This document shows positions 52,424-64,000 of a stretch of DNA of 64,000 nt, piece after piece. Every line of letters starts with the position of its first letter. The stretch's first letter is position 1. Position numbers and translations under genes: made by a program. The DNA is taken from the NCBI GenBank assembly GCA_951406725.2, contig OX597821.1, positions 44,516,001-44,580,000 of the forward strand, given 5' to 3'. The notes under the pieces were generated by a model. That model ran no database searches and was not told the origin of the DNA. It saw only the letters and a list, made by a program, of their open reading frames with translations. This stretch comes from Octopus vulgaris. Taxonomy: Eukaryota.

Positions 52424-52646
52424 ATGTGTGTGTGTGTATATATGTGTATGTGTGTGTGTGTATATATGTATGTGTGTGTGTGTGTATATATGTATGTGTG
52501 TGTGTGTGTATATATGTATGTGTGTGTGTATATATATGTATGTGTGTGTGTCTGTATATATGTATGTGTGTGTGTGTGTATATATGTATGTGTGTGTGTG
52601 TGTATGTGTGTATATGTATGTGTATGTATGTGTATATATATATATA

Positions 52647-52697
<51 letters not shown>

Positions 52698-52954
52698 ATG
52701 TATATGTATGTACATATGTGTGTATGTGTGTATATATATAAATATATATAAATATGTATATATGTGTGTATGTATATGTATGTATGTGTGTATATGTATG
52801 TGTATGTGTATATGTACATATACGTGTACGCTCGTATGTTTATGTATATGTAGGTACGTAGAGTTATCTATGTGTGTATGTATATGTACATATGTGTAGG
52901 TATGTATATATATATATGTATATATATATATATGTATGTATATATATATATATG

Positions 52955-53022
<68 letters not shown>
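51545..53022. repeat. Giant compound (TA)/(TG)/(TATG) microsatellite
   Basis: Direct reading. Confidence 0.95.
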
Positions 53023-53025
<3 letters not shown>

Positions 53026-53220
53026 AAGTTTATATGTATGTATCCGTCTGTATAATAGGTAACAGCACGTACATATACTTAATATTTTTTATTTATTTTT
53101 TGAGTATGCATGTATGAATAAGTGCGCGTGTATAACTTAGAATAACTTAGAAAGGTTTTTGGCCAGTATTGGCCCAGGCCATGTCTAACTTAATAGCACC
53201 ACCTGGCGAAGTCTTTCAGT

Positions 53221-56200
53221 TCAGGATTTGGGCACCAAGGCCCATTCGAGCAGAGAGTTATTGTTTGCGGAGACATATCCGGGTGTGGATGGTTTGTCCG
53301 GTACTGTTTGAAGGAATTTATCCAAAGACTTCTTGAATTTTGTGTGGTCAGTTTCTTTTTTGACGTGTCCTGGTGTAATGTTGAAGAGAGCGGGTCCAAT
53401 TGAGGTGAAATAGTTGTGCCGTATTGTCGTTATGTGATGCGATTTAGATTTTTGTTGTGGACGGATGGCACGTGGTCCAAGCCTTGGATGCATTTTGAAG
53501 GTGATGCCAACATCATTCGGACAGTGCTGATGGAATATTTTCCACATCATACAGATAATGTAGCGTTCACGGCGTCGTTGGAGTGAATACAATTTCAGCT
53601 TCTCTAGTCTACCCCAGTAGTCAAGGTCTGACATGCCATCTATCTTTTTTGTGATTGACCTTTGGGGAGCTTCAATTCTCATAATATTTTGTTTTGTGTA
53701 GGGAGACCACAGTGGACAGCAGTATTCAAGGTGGGGTCGGGCAAAAGTGGAGAAGAGAAGGATAATAGCGTGGGAATCTCTCGACTGGAAGGTTCTGAGA
53801 ATCCAGGAACACATTCTGCGGGCCATGTCAACTTTGCTGCTTATATGTGTAGCCCAGCTTATGTTGTTGTCCACTGTTACTCCCAGGTCTCTGATGTTGT
53901 TGGATGCCATGAGAATTTCTCCAGAAGGAAGAGAGTATGGGAGTTTCAGAGCGTCCTCCCTTCCAAAGTGGATCAGTTCGAATTTGTCTTCATTTAGCAA
54001 CATGTTATTCTTTTCCGCCCATTGGACAACAGCTAGTAGGTCTGACTGAAGGTTTATTCGGTCATCCACGCCATTGATGACCTTCTGGAGCTTGGAATCA
54101 TCAGCGAAGGTTCTGATGTTGCTGTGTTTGATGGTCTCAGTAATATCATTTATGTAGATGATGAAGAAAAGTGGGCCCAACACAGTGCCTTGTGGGACAC
54201 CACTGCTGACTTTGGCTGGGCTGGATTTGACTCCCTCGACTACAACATGTTGGGTTCTGTTAGAGAGGAAGCACTTGATCCATTGCAGCAGCTTTCCAGT
54301 GACACCAATATTGGACAGCTTTCTCAGAAGGATCTTATGATCAACCCTGTCAAAGGCCTTGCTGAAATCAAGGTAGATGACATCAGTGTTGGAACCCTCT
54401 CCCAAGGCTCTCAAAATGTCATCAAAATGATGCAGTAGCTGCGTCAGGCAATCTCTCCCATTACGGAATCCATGCTGGTTGGGGTTCAGCATATTATGAC
54501 TCTCAAGGAAGTGAGTCATACGCGATCTCAGCACCCTCTCAAATACCTTGATGATATGAGAGGTGAGTGAGATTGGACGGTAATTCACGGCAAGCGATTT
54601 GTTTCCTTTTTTGAAAACTGGGACAACAGACTGGGATAGAAGGTCTTCTGGTATATATCCAGCATCCAATGAGTTCCGCCACAGATTGGCTAGAGGGGGT
54701 GCAAGTTGGTTTTGACACATCTTCAAGACACAAGCAGGGAACCTATCGGGACCTACTGCTGAATTATGCTTCATTTCCTTTATTGCTGCTAAGACATCAG
54801 GAGCGCCAAATGTTATGTCCGATAAAGTGTATTGGGGAGTAACATCACTGATACAGCCCAGATCAGTCATATCAGGATTGCTGAAAACAGAGCAATATTG
54901 TTTCTGCAATATTTCTCCCATGGTTTTGGCATTATCTTGAAGAATACCATTTTCATCAATCAGAGGGCCAACAGTAGAACCAGTGACTCTGTGTTTTTTT
55001 GCAAATGAAAAGAACACTTTGGGATTGAGTTTGATCTTCTCAATGGCCCAGGCCTCTTCAGCTCTTCGCTGACTATTGATGATAGACATCATGTTGTTTT
55101 GGAGTTTATGTTTTTTAATCTCTAGCGACGAGATGGCAGTCAGGTTGGTGTGTTGCTGTTGACAGTATTTCAGCATGTTGATCTTTTTGTTGATTCTTTT
55201 AATTTTCCTTATGAGAGATTTTCTATTTCTAGGGATTCGACACTTAGATTTGTTTGCAGATCTTAATGGGGTGTGTCTTGCACATATGTTCGTGATGGTG
55301 TCTACAAGTGACTGCCAGGACTTTTTGATGTTAGTGGGTGTGTATGTGTGCGTGAAGGACCAATCGACTTGTGCAAGATCATTATTGATCGCTTCCCAGT
55401 TTGCATTGTGGAAATCCATAGTGTCAAATGGATGAACAGGAGGGATGACATTTGTTTTGCATTTTGGCCAGTGAAATCTCAGATCACAGAGAACCATGTC
55501 ATGGTCGGAGAGTAGGGTTTTCTCCACTGCAATATTGTGGATAGTATCAGTGTGATTGCTGAAAATTAAGTCTAAGACGTTTTTGTGACATCTCGTTGGT
55601 TCGAGTACCAGTTGGGACAAGAAGAAGTCATCCATGAAGTCAAGAAGCGATTCCACTGCCTCCCTGTCAGGGGTTGAGAGAGAAGAACCTGGCGGCAGAC
55701 TGTTTGTAGACCAGTCAACCCCGGGAAGGTTGAAATCTCCCATCATTAAAATGTTGTCAGGTTGACACTGCTGAATGAAACACTTTATGCTGTTGAGGCA
55801 TTCCTTGAAGCATGGTAGGGGCGTTTGGGGTGGTCTGTAGAGCCCAACTACTGTTAAGTTGTTGGTTTGACTGAATACAGCGACTGCTTCGCAGTATCCA
55901 TTCGAAAATATGTTCATGGCTTCTGTTGAGAATGAATCATGGACATAAATGGCAGTCCCACCCTTTCTTCTGCCAACACGATCAGCACGAATGGTTTTGA
56001 AATTTTTAACTTTCACCTCGGCTTCCAAGTGGAGGTCACTAAGATGGGTTTCAGTGAGGACGAAGAAAGGGATGTGGTTTGGATGGGCCTCGACCCAGTC
56101 CTCCAGGAATCTTATCTTCCATTTTTGTGTATTGGTGGAAGGGCTGATGCCTTGGGCATTAAGCAGAAATGTTGAGGCGAGAGTGGATGGTTTTAATTGT

Positions 56201-56238
56201 TTTGGTGATTTGTTTATTTGATTGCTTTTTAATGGCAT
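53221..56238 (-). CDS. LINE ORF2: apurinic endonuclease + reverse transcriptase, 1005 aa, uninterrupted
   Basis: APE motifs (LNAQG, LTETHL, GGTAIYV, YRPP, GDFNLP, LDL, SDH) and RT motifs (NYRPISLTS, QHGFR, DFSKAFD, GVPQG, FADD) are all intact. Confidence 0.95.
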   Translation of the reverse strand: MPLKSNQINKSPKQLKPSTLASTFLLNAQGISPSTNTQKWKIRFLEDWVEAHPNHIPFFVLTETHLSDLHLEAEVKVKNFKTIRADRVGRRKGGTAIYVHDSFSTEAMNIFSNGYCEAVAVFSQTNNLTVVGLYRPPQTPLPCFKECLNSIKCFIQQCQPDNILMMGDFNLPGVDWSTNSLPPGSSLSTPDREAVESLLDFMDDFFLSQLVLEPTRCHKNVLDLIFSNHTDTIHNIAVEKTLLSDHDMVLCDLRFHWPKCKTNVIPPVHPFDTMDFHNANWEAINNDLAQVDWSFTHTYTPTNIKKSWQSLVDTITNICARHTPLRSANKSKCRIPRNRKSLIRKIKRINKKINMLKYCQQQHTNLTAISSLEIKKHKLQNNMMSIINSQRRAEEAWAIEKIKLNPKVFFSFAKKHRVTGSTVGPLIDENGILQDNAKTMGEILQKQYCSVFSNPDMTDLGCISDVTPQYTLSDITFGAPDVLAAIKEMKHNSAVGPDRFPACVLKMCQNQLAPPLANLWRNSLDAGYIPEDLLSQSVVPVFKKGNKSLAVNYRPISLTSHIIKVFERVLRSRMTHFLESHNMLNPNQHGFRNGRDCLTQLLHHFDDILRALGEGSNTDVIYLDFSKAFDRVDHKILLRKLSNIGVTGKLLQWIKCFLSNRTQHVVVEGVKSSPAKVSSGVPQGTVLGPLFFIIYINDITETIKHSNIRTFADDSKLQKVINGVDDRINLQSDLLAVVQWAEKNNMLLNEDKFELIHFGREDALKLPYSLPSGEILMASNNIRDLGVTVDNNISWATHISSKVDMARRMCSWILRTFQSRDSHAIILLFSTFARPHLEYCCPLWSPYTKQNIMRIEAPQRSITKKIDGMSDLDYWGRLEKLKLYSLQRRRERYIICMMWKIFHQHCPNDVGITFKMHPRLGPRAIRPQQKSKSHHITTIRHNYFTSIGPALFNITPGHVKKETDHTKFKKSLDKFLQTVPDKPSTPGYVSANNNSLLEWALVPKS

Positions 56239-57432
56239 GTGTAGTGAGGTAATAGTGGTGGATGGCGGTGGGTGATAGCTCGGATGTTTTTTTCCAGTTC
56301 TTTTGCTAGATTCATTATAGCTAAAAAAGAGGAAGAAGAGGTGGTTTCCTGTCTAGGGAACCGCAGGTGACTGTGGCCGCGGCTATTTTTATGCGAGTGG
56401 TTATCTTTAAATGTCCGACGAGTCCCCGGGAGATGGGTAAAGGGGCAATCCCTGTGCAAACACAATCTGTCTCGCTGGGAATAGCGGCAGATTTGGGGAT
56501 TCCTTGTTTGAGATATTGGTGGTTGTGGTGATGTTGTATTATGGTGGTTGCTGTTGTAGTTTGTGGGGATAGAGCGTTTTGTTCCAGGTAAATGGGTGAA
56601 TTTGCAGTCTCTATCAGTGCACAGTCTATGGCGAAGAGAATATCGGCAAATGATGGGGTTTCGAGTGGGTGTGTAGGTGCGTGTGTGTGTGTGAGCTGTG
56701 AAAGGTGTAGATGATAGTTTGAAGTTTTGGCGACCTTTGTGACCTGTAGGAGGTAAATTCCTTGAGATAGCATTAGTAGTAGTAGCTGTAGTAGTAGTAG
56801 TAGTAGGTAGAAGAGATGTTGACAGTGGTAATGATTGAGGAGGTCGATTCCAAGACAAAGATGTTTGTCGATATATAGTGGGAGTAGTACTAGTAGTAGT
56901 AAGCAGAGGAGATGGTGTTGACAATGATGATGATTGAGCTGCTGGGGCAGTGAAAGGAAGGGGTGGTGCTTCCTGCTGTGTGACCCTGATGACTGGGGGT
57001 CAATCGTTTCATTTAGCAAATCAGCCATTGTAGATGAATCAAGGAGTGGTTCATCCTGTTGTTGTTGAGGTTGTTGTTGTTGCCTCTGAGGTTGTTGCTG
57101 CTGAAGTTGTTGTTGTTGCTGTAACTGTTGTTGTTGTTGTTGCCGCTGAGTTTGTTGTTGTTGAGGTTGTTGTTGTTGTTGTTCGAAGAGAAAACACATC
57201 TCAGTTTATCGAAGTGTTTATTTATTAATTTAAAAGCAACTTCGATTTGTTTTAATTTATTTTGGATCTGCTGTTCAGATCGAGTTTGCAAATGGTGAAC
57301 TGTTCGTTTAGCAATTTCGTTCAGACACGAAGCACCTATGCTCTCTGTTTCGGTAAGGCCATGCCATGTGTTAATAAGAACGTCGACTTCATTATCAGAC
57401 CAGTTTTTGTTGGATTTTTGGTGGCTAGCCAT
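56229..57432 (-). CDS. LINE ORF1 (reconstructed ~401 aa; two 1-bp frameshifts): Myb/SANT-like + polyQ + 2x CCCH zinc finger
   Basis: Three overlapping ORFs (57013-57432, 56321-57199, 56229-56924) join if one base is added at ~57202 and one in the G5 run at 56995-56999. The stop overlaps the ORF2 ATG (ATGCCATTAA). Confidence 0.7.
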
Positions 57433-57959
57433 TCTGGTTGATATGTTTTATTAAATTTTATTTTGTTCGTTCGTTTTGTTGATTACTTTTAATTATTATT
57501 ATTATTTTATATTTTTTTTTTTTTTTTTTAAGGAGAAGTATGTAGAATTGATTGTACAGAATGTTTGTTGTGATACTGAGAAGTTTGTATTTGAATTATG
57601 AGCTTGTAGTTATTTTATCTTTCTTTTCTTTTTTTTTTCCCTCTTTTTCTAATTTTTAATGTGTGGGTGATCCTTTAGTTATCAGAAGGTGTTTGAAAAT
57701 ATTTGGTCGTTTGAAAATTATGAAAATAGTTTGTGGTTAAGGAAAAGTCTACTCACGAGTTGGGAAAAAGCGTGGTTTCAAATATACAGGAATATATGTG
57801 ATGGTCAATTACGACGAATGTAGCTGTGAAGCTTAAAATATATATATTTTATATATATAATAAAATATATATATTTTATTATTTATTTTTTGAGTATGCA
57901 TGTAAGTATGAATATAAGGAGGCGCGCGTATGTGTGTGTATGTGTAAGCATAGATATAT

Positions 57960-58116
57960 GTATACTTTTACGCATGTGTGTACTTATGTGTATATATGGA
58001 TGTGCGTGTGTGTGTGTGTGTATGGGTACGCATGTACATGTGTATGTGCGTGTATGTGTATATGTGTATGTATGTGTGTGTGTATATTTGTATATGTATG
58101 TATATGTATGTATGTG

Positions 58117-58159
<43 letters not shown>

Positions 58160-58318
58160 ATGTATGTATATGTGTATGTATGTATATGTATATGTGTATG
58201 TGTATGCATGCGCGTATATATATGTATGTATATGTATACGTGTGGGTGTGTGTATGTGTATATATATATGTATGTATGGATGTATGTATGTATACGTATG
58301 TATGTGTATATGTGTATA

Positions 58319-58361
<43 letters not shown>

Positions 58362-58578
58362 GTATATATATATATGTATATGTATATATATATGTATATA
58401 TATATGTATATGTATATATATATGTATATATATATGTATATGTATATATATATGTATATATATATGTATATGTATATATATATGTATACATATATATGTA
58501 TATGTATATATATATGTATATATATATGTATATGTATATATATACATATATATATATGTATATGTATATATGTATATG

Positions 58579-58611
<33 letters not shown>

Positions 58612-58820
58612 ATATATATGTATATGTATATGTATATGTATATATATATGTATATATATATGTATATGTATATGTATATATATATGTATATATATATGTA
58701 TATGTATATATATATGTATATATATATATATGTATATGTATATATATATGTATATATGTATGTATTTGTATGTAGGTGTATATGTATGTGTGTATATATA
58801 TTTATTGGTGTATATGTATA
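57960..58820. repeat. Giant compound TA/TG microsatellite
   Basis: Direct reading. Confidence 0.95.
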
Positions 58821-59753
58821 GACTAGCCTTCTAAGAGTGTAGACATGAATCTGTAGGTACGCGTACGCATGTGTATATACGTGAATGTATGTAGATGTAT
58901 GTATGTATGAATATAACGCGTGCGTGCGTGTATGTGTATGAGTGTACGAATGAGTGAGTGTGCGTGCTAATGAGTGTGCATGCGTGAATGAGTGCTTGTT
59001 TTCAAGTAGAAAGATAAATGGACTTGCTGTCATAGCCAAGATGCTTGTGACCAGCGGTCAAAGATAACAAAAGTAATAAATGAAGATAATAAAATTAAAA
59101 TTAGGGAATGGGTCTGTATTTATATGTATATATGTGTGTATGTGTAGGTATGTATAGGTACACATATGTATATATATATATATGTATATATATGTATATG
59201 TGTGTATGTGTATATAGGGACTTGTGTGTTGTGTGTATGTGTGTGTTGTGTGTGCATGTGTGTATGTGGATATGTGTGTGTATGCGTGTATGTGTATGTG
59301 TGTGTATGTATATATTTTTTTGTGTGTATATGTATGTGTGGTCGTGTGTGTATATGTGTATGCATGTATATGTGTGTATGTATATGTATATATATATATA
59401 TATAGATATATGTATATATAGGTATGTGTAGATATGTGTATGTATATGTATGTGTATATATATGTATAGGTGTGTGTGTGTATGTATGTGTGTATATATA
59501 TGTGTGTGTGTGTGTGTATATATGTATACATATGTGTATAGGTATAAGTGAGAACCTCCTTATTTACCTAAAACTCTATTCTTTTATATATTTTTTTATT
59601 CTTTTATTTATTCTTTTATCTAATTTACCACTGACTCCTTGACCACTCCCCCAAGTATGATATTTTGCGCTATGCCTACCCCCAAAAAGTCCCCCACCAC
59701 CACCCCTTTAAACCTGCCTAAATGTATAAATGCCAATACAATTCTTGTTAACT

Positions 59754-59804
59754 AGCTTCCTGAAGATTTCTCTTGAATGAAACAGTTCTAGTCCTGTAGA
59801 AGCT
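59754..59804 (+). ncRNA. Type I hammerhead ribozyme, canonical core
   Basis: AGCTTC-CTGAAGA-T-TTC-TCTT-GAA-T-GAAA-CAG-TTCTAGTC-CTG-TA-GAAGCT. Perfect 6-bp stem I, 3-bp stem II, 4-bp stem III, GUA cleavage site at 59798. Confidence 0.8.
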
Positions 59805-59888
59805 CCTTCTATATAATAAATTAATTTTACTCTGCTATGTATTGAGTACCTTATTTACTGTGGTTAACCCCGAATCAACCCGGGACCT

Positions 59889-59931
<43 letters not shown>

Positions 59932-59963
59932 ATATGTATGTATGTATATATGTATATATGTAT

Positions 59964-60151
59964 GCAGGTGGCACATAAAAAGCACCCACTACACTCACGG
60001 AGTGGTTGGCGTTAGGAAGGGCATCCAGCTGTAGAAACATTGCCAGATTAGACTGGAGCCTGGTGCAGCCTTCTGGCTTCCCAGAACCCCGGTCGAACCG
60101 TCCAACCCATGCTAGCATGGAGAACGGACGTTAAACGACGATGATGATGAT
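59964..60151 (+). mobile_element. RTE LINE 3' UTR fragment with (GAT)n tail
   Basis: Reverse complement of 48173-48357. Confidence 0.85.
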
Positions 60152-60224
60152 GTATGTATATATGTATGTATGTATATATGTATGTATGTATATATGTATG
60201 TATGTATATATGTATGTATATATG

Positions 60225-60277
<53 letters not shown>

Positions 60278-60404
60278 GTATATATATGTATGTATGTATA
60301 TATATGTATGTATGTATATATATGTATGTATGTATGTATATGTATGTATGTATGTATGTATATGTATGTATGTATGTATATATATGTATGTATGTATGTA
60401 TATG

Positions 60405-60443
<39 letters not shown>

Positions 60444-60872
60444 GTATATATATGTATGTATGTATATATATGTATGTATGTATGTATATGTATGTATGTA
60501 TGTATGTATATGTATGTATGTATGTATATATATATATGTATGTATGTATGTATATGTATGTATGTATATATATGTATGTATGTATATATATGTATGTATG
60601 TATGTATATATATATATATGTATGTATGTATATATATATATGTATGTATATATATATATATGTATGTATGTATATATATATGTATATATATATATATGTA
60701 TGTATATATATATATGTATGTATATATGTATGTATGTATGTATGTATATATATATATATATATGTATGTATATATGTATGTATGTATGTATGTATATATA
60801 TATATATATATGTATGTATATATATATATGTATGTATGTATGTATGTATATGTATATATATATGTATGTATA

Positions 60873-60905
<33 letters not shown>

Positions 60906-60989
60906 ATATATATATATATATGTATGTATATATATATATGTATGTATATATGTTTGTATATATATATATATGTATGTATATATGTATGT
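60152..60989. repeat. Compound (TATG)/(TA) microsatellite
   Basis: Direct reading. Confidence 0.95.
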
Positions 60990-62452
60990 ATCTCTCTGAC
61001 CTCACACATCAGCAAGGTCATGGAACGAATAGTCAGAAGGAAGCTGATCACCTTCCTTGAAGAGAATGACTTGCTGCCCGACACCCAACATGGTTTCCGA
61101 CCAGGGAGAAGCTGTTTAACTCAGCTCCTACAACACTATGACTGGGTGCTGAAACGGCTGCTCAACCACTCAAATGTGGAAGTGATATATCTCGACTTTG
61201 CAAAGGCCTTTGATAAAGTCGATCATGGAATGATATGTCACAAACTGCGTGATCTCAACATAGTTGGAAAACTGGGAGAATGGCTTCATGACTTTCTGAA
61301 GGATAGAAGTCAGGTGGTAGTAGCCAATGGGGCCACCTCTATTAACACACAAATAGTGAGCGGTGTTCCGCAGGGCACTGTTCTGGGACCACTACTGTTC
61401 ATAATGGCCCTCTCAGACATGCCCTCAGCCACGCAGAGAGCCACGATCACAAGTTATGCAGATGATACAAAAGTTTCACAGGCAATACAGAACCCTGAGG
61501 ACACTAAACACCTGCAATGTGAGCTGGACGAAATATACAAGTGGGCTGAAAAGAATAGCATGCAGTTCAATGCTGGAAAGTTTCAAGCTTTATACTATCA
61601 GCATGCAAAACTGAATGCAATACCCAATGAATACACTGGACCCGGAGGGATTGCAATCCCAGAGGCACAATCAGTGCATGACCTGGGTATTCACATGAGT
61701 GATGACGCGACCTTTCATGTACATGTTGCTAAACTGACAATGAAATGTAGACGGCTGGCTGGATGGATTCTTAGAACCTTTAGAACAAGAGAACAAGAAA
61801 CCATGATGGTCCTCTGGAAGACACTTGTCCTAAGCCACTTTGACTATTGCTCTCAGCTATGGTCACCATCCAGTGTCAAGTTGATCACAGAACTTGAGGC
61901 GATCCAACGAAGCTACACAAAGAAGATAGCCTCTATGCAGAATGTAAGCTACTGGGAAAGACTCAAGAGATTAAAATTATATTCCCTGGAGCGTAGGCGG
62001 GAAAAGATATGCCATAATATACATCTGGAAGATCCTGGAGGGAAGTGTCCTGAACTTTGGCATCGAGAGTTACGCAAATGCCAGAACTGGGCGCCACTGC
62101 GTGGTGCCTAGGACTCCAAACCTGCCATCAAGATGTAGGACAAGATTCTGTGATAGCCTGGGCTTCCGAGGCCCACAGCTCTTCAATATCCTCCCGAAGT
62201 ACCTGAGAGACCTGCATGGGGTGGATACAGATGTCTTTAAAATGAAGCTGGATCTCTTCCTGTCAGGTGTCCCAGATGAACCAACTTCACGGCAGGAGGG
62301 GCAGATGAGGGCAGCTGCATCGAACTCTCTCATGCACCAAATAGCAGTTGCTAGAAAGCCTCCATGAAGTGAAACCAAGTAGCAACACCAAATGGCGGTG
62401 CCCCAGCATGGCCACAGCTCATAAGCTGAAACTAGAATCAATCAATCAATCA
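60990..62452 (+). mobile_element. 5'-truncated APE-RT LINE (close relative of 45791-47897) with (AATC)n tail
   Basis: [13 protein letters not shown]...QHGFR...DFAKAFD...GVPQG...YADD...YSLERRR. Frameshift at ~62003, C-terminus LDLFLSGVPDEP, tail AATCAATCAATCAATC. Confidence 0.92.
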
Positions 62453-62549
62453 TATGTATGTATATATGTATGTATATATGTATGTATATATATGTATGTA
62501 TGTATGTATATATATATATGTATGTATATATATATTATATATATGTATG

Positions 62550-62582
<33 letters not shown>

Positions 62583-63504
62583 GTATGTATGTATATATAT
62601 ATATATGTATGTATATGTATATATATATATATATGTATGTATGTATATATATATATATGTATGTATATGTATATATATATATATATATGTATGTATATGT
62701 ATATATATATATATGTATGTATGTATATATATATGTATGTATATGTATATATATATATATATGTATGTATGTATATATATATATATGTATGTATATGTAT
62801 ATATATATATATATATATGTATGTATATATATATATATGTATGTATATGTATATATATATATATATGTATGTATATGTATATATATATATATGTATGTAT
62901 ATGTATATATATATATATATGTATGTATATGTATATATATATATATATATATGTATGTATATGTATATATATATATATGTATGTATATGTATATATATAT
63001 ATGTATGTATATATATATATATGTATGTATGTATATATATGTATATGTATATATATATATATGTATGTATATGTATGTATATGTATATATATATATGTAT
63101 GTATATATATATATGTATGTATGTATATATATATATATGTATGTATGTATATATATATATGTATGTATGTATGTATATATGTATGTATGTATGTATATAT
63201 GTATGTATGTATGTATGTATATATATATATATATGTATGTGATGATGATGATGATGTATGTATGTATATATATATATATGTATGTATATATGTATGTATA
63301 TATATATATATGTATGTATATATGTATGTGTATATATATATATGTATGTATATATATATGTATGTATATATATATATATGTATATATATATGTATGTATA
63401 TATATATATGTATATATATATGTATGTATATATATATATGTATATATATATATGTATGTATATATATATATGTATATATATATGTATGTATATATATATG
63501 TATG

Positions 63505-63539
<35 letters not shown>

Positions 63540-63578
63540 GTATATATATATGTATATATATATATGTATATATATATG

Positions 63579-63643
<65 letters not shown>

Positions 63644-64000
63644 GTATATATATATATGTGTATGTATGTATATATATGTATATATATATGTATATGTATG
63701 TATGTATATATATATGTATATATATATGTATATGTATGTATGTATATATATGTATATATATATATATATGTATGTATGTATATATATGTATATATATATG
63801 TATGTATGTATATATATGTATATATATATGTATGTATGTATATATATGTATATATATATATATGTATGTATGTATATATATGTATATATATATATATATG
63901 TATGTATGTATATATATATGTATATATATATATATGTATGTATGTATATATATGTATATATATATATATGTATGTATGTATATATATATATATGTATGTA
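62453..64000. repeat. Giant compound (TA)/(TATG) microsatellite running off the window end
   Basis: Direct reading. Confidence 0.95.

Larger units (their letters stand above)
53131..57825 (-). mobile_element. Apparently full-length APE-RT LINE (CR1-like/Proto2-like)
   Basis: ~390-bp 5' UTR, ORF1, overlapping intact ORF2, short 3' UTR ending in tandem TTCTAAGTTA x2. The 5' boundary is approximate. Confidence 0.9.

Noticed and set aside
51512-53062. Long YI/HT/VC-rich ORFs (also 33421-33820, 44375-44658, 57826-59642, 60112-61084, 62454-63242)
   Set aside because: Translations of stop-free dinucleotide microsatellites, open in many frames.
53662-56221. Plus-strand ORFs overlapping LINE ORF2 (likewise within 21806-25131 and 48217-49889)
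   Set aside because: Antisense shadows of retroelement coding sequence.
60141-62111. 656-aa ORF as a novel repeat-RT fusion protein
   Set aside because: Chance in-frame read-through from a microsatellite into a 5'-truncated LINE RT starting at ~60990.

Overview
AT-rich, repeat-saturated animal DNA. The SINE, LINE and microsatellite repertoire points to a coleoid cephalopod, probably Octopus (inference). I could not support any host protein-coding exon. The window holds: a decayed Ty3/gypsy element with one LTR (~1-4.8 kb); Penelope-like (PLE) GIY-YIG remnants; Tc1/mariner, pogo/Tigger and hAT remnants plus MITEs; a Tx1/L1-group LINE; RTE LINE pieces; three APE-RT LINEs of a CR1-like/Proto2-like type; tRNA-derived SINEs; and very long TA/TG compound microsatellites. 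Main observations: (1) an apparently full-length LINE at ~53.1-57.8 kb (minus) with an intact 1005-aa ORF2 and an ORF1 that, after repairing two 1-bp deletions, reads Myb/SANT-like domain + polyQ + two CCCH zinc fingers; (2) six hammerhead-ribozyme-like motifs from about five repeat families, five of them ending next to (TA)n tracts, two on the arms of a ~1.15-kb palindrome; (3) a SINE sharing its 3' tail with the Tx1 LINE; (4) a sharp CpG drop after a CRE-containing promoter-like segment at ~34.5 kb, suggesting a methylated gene body starts there. All calls are by eye; no database search was run.
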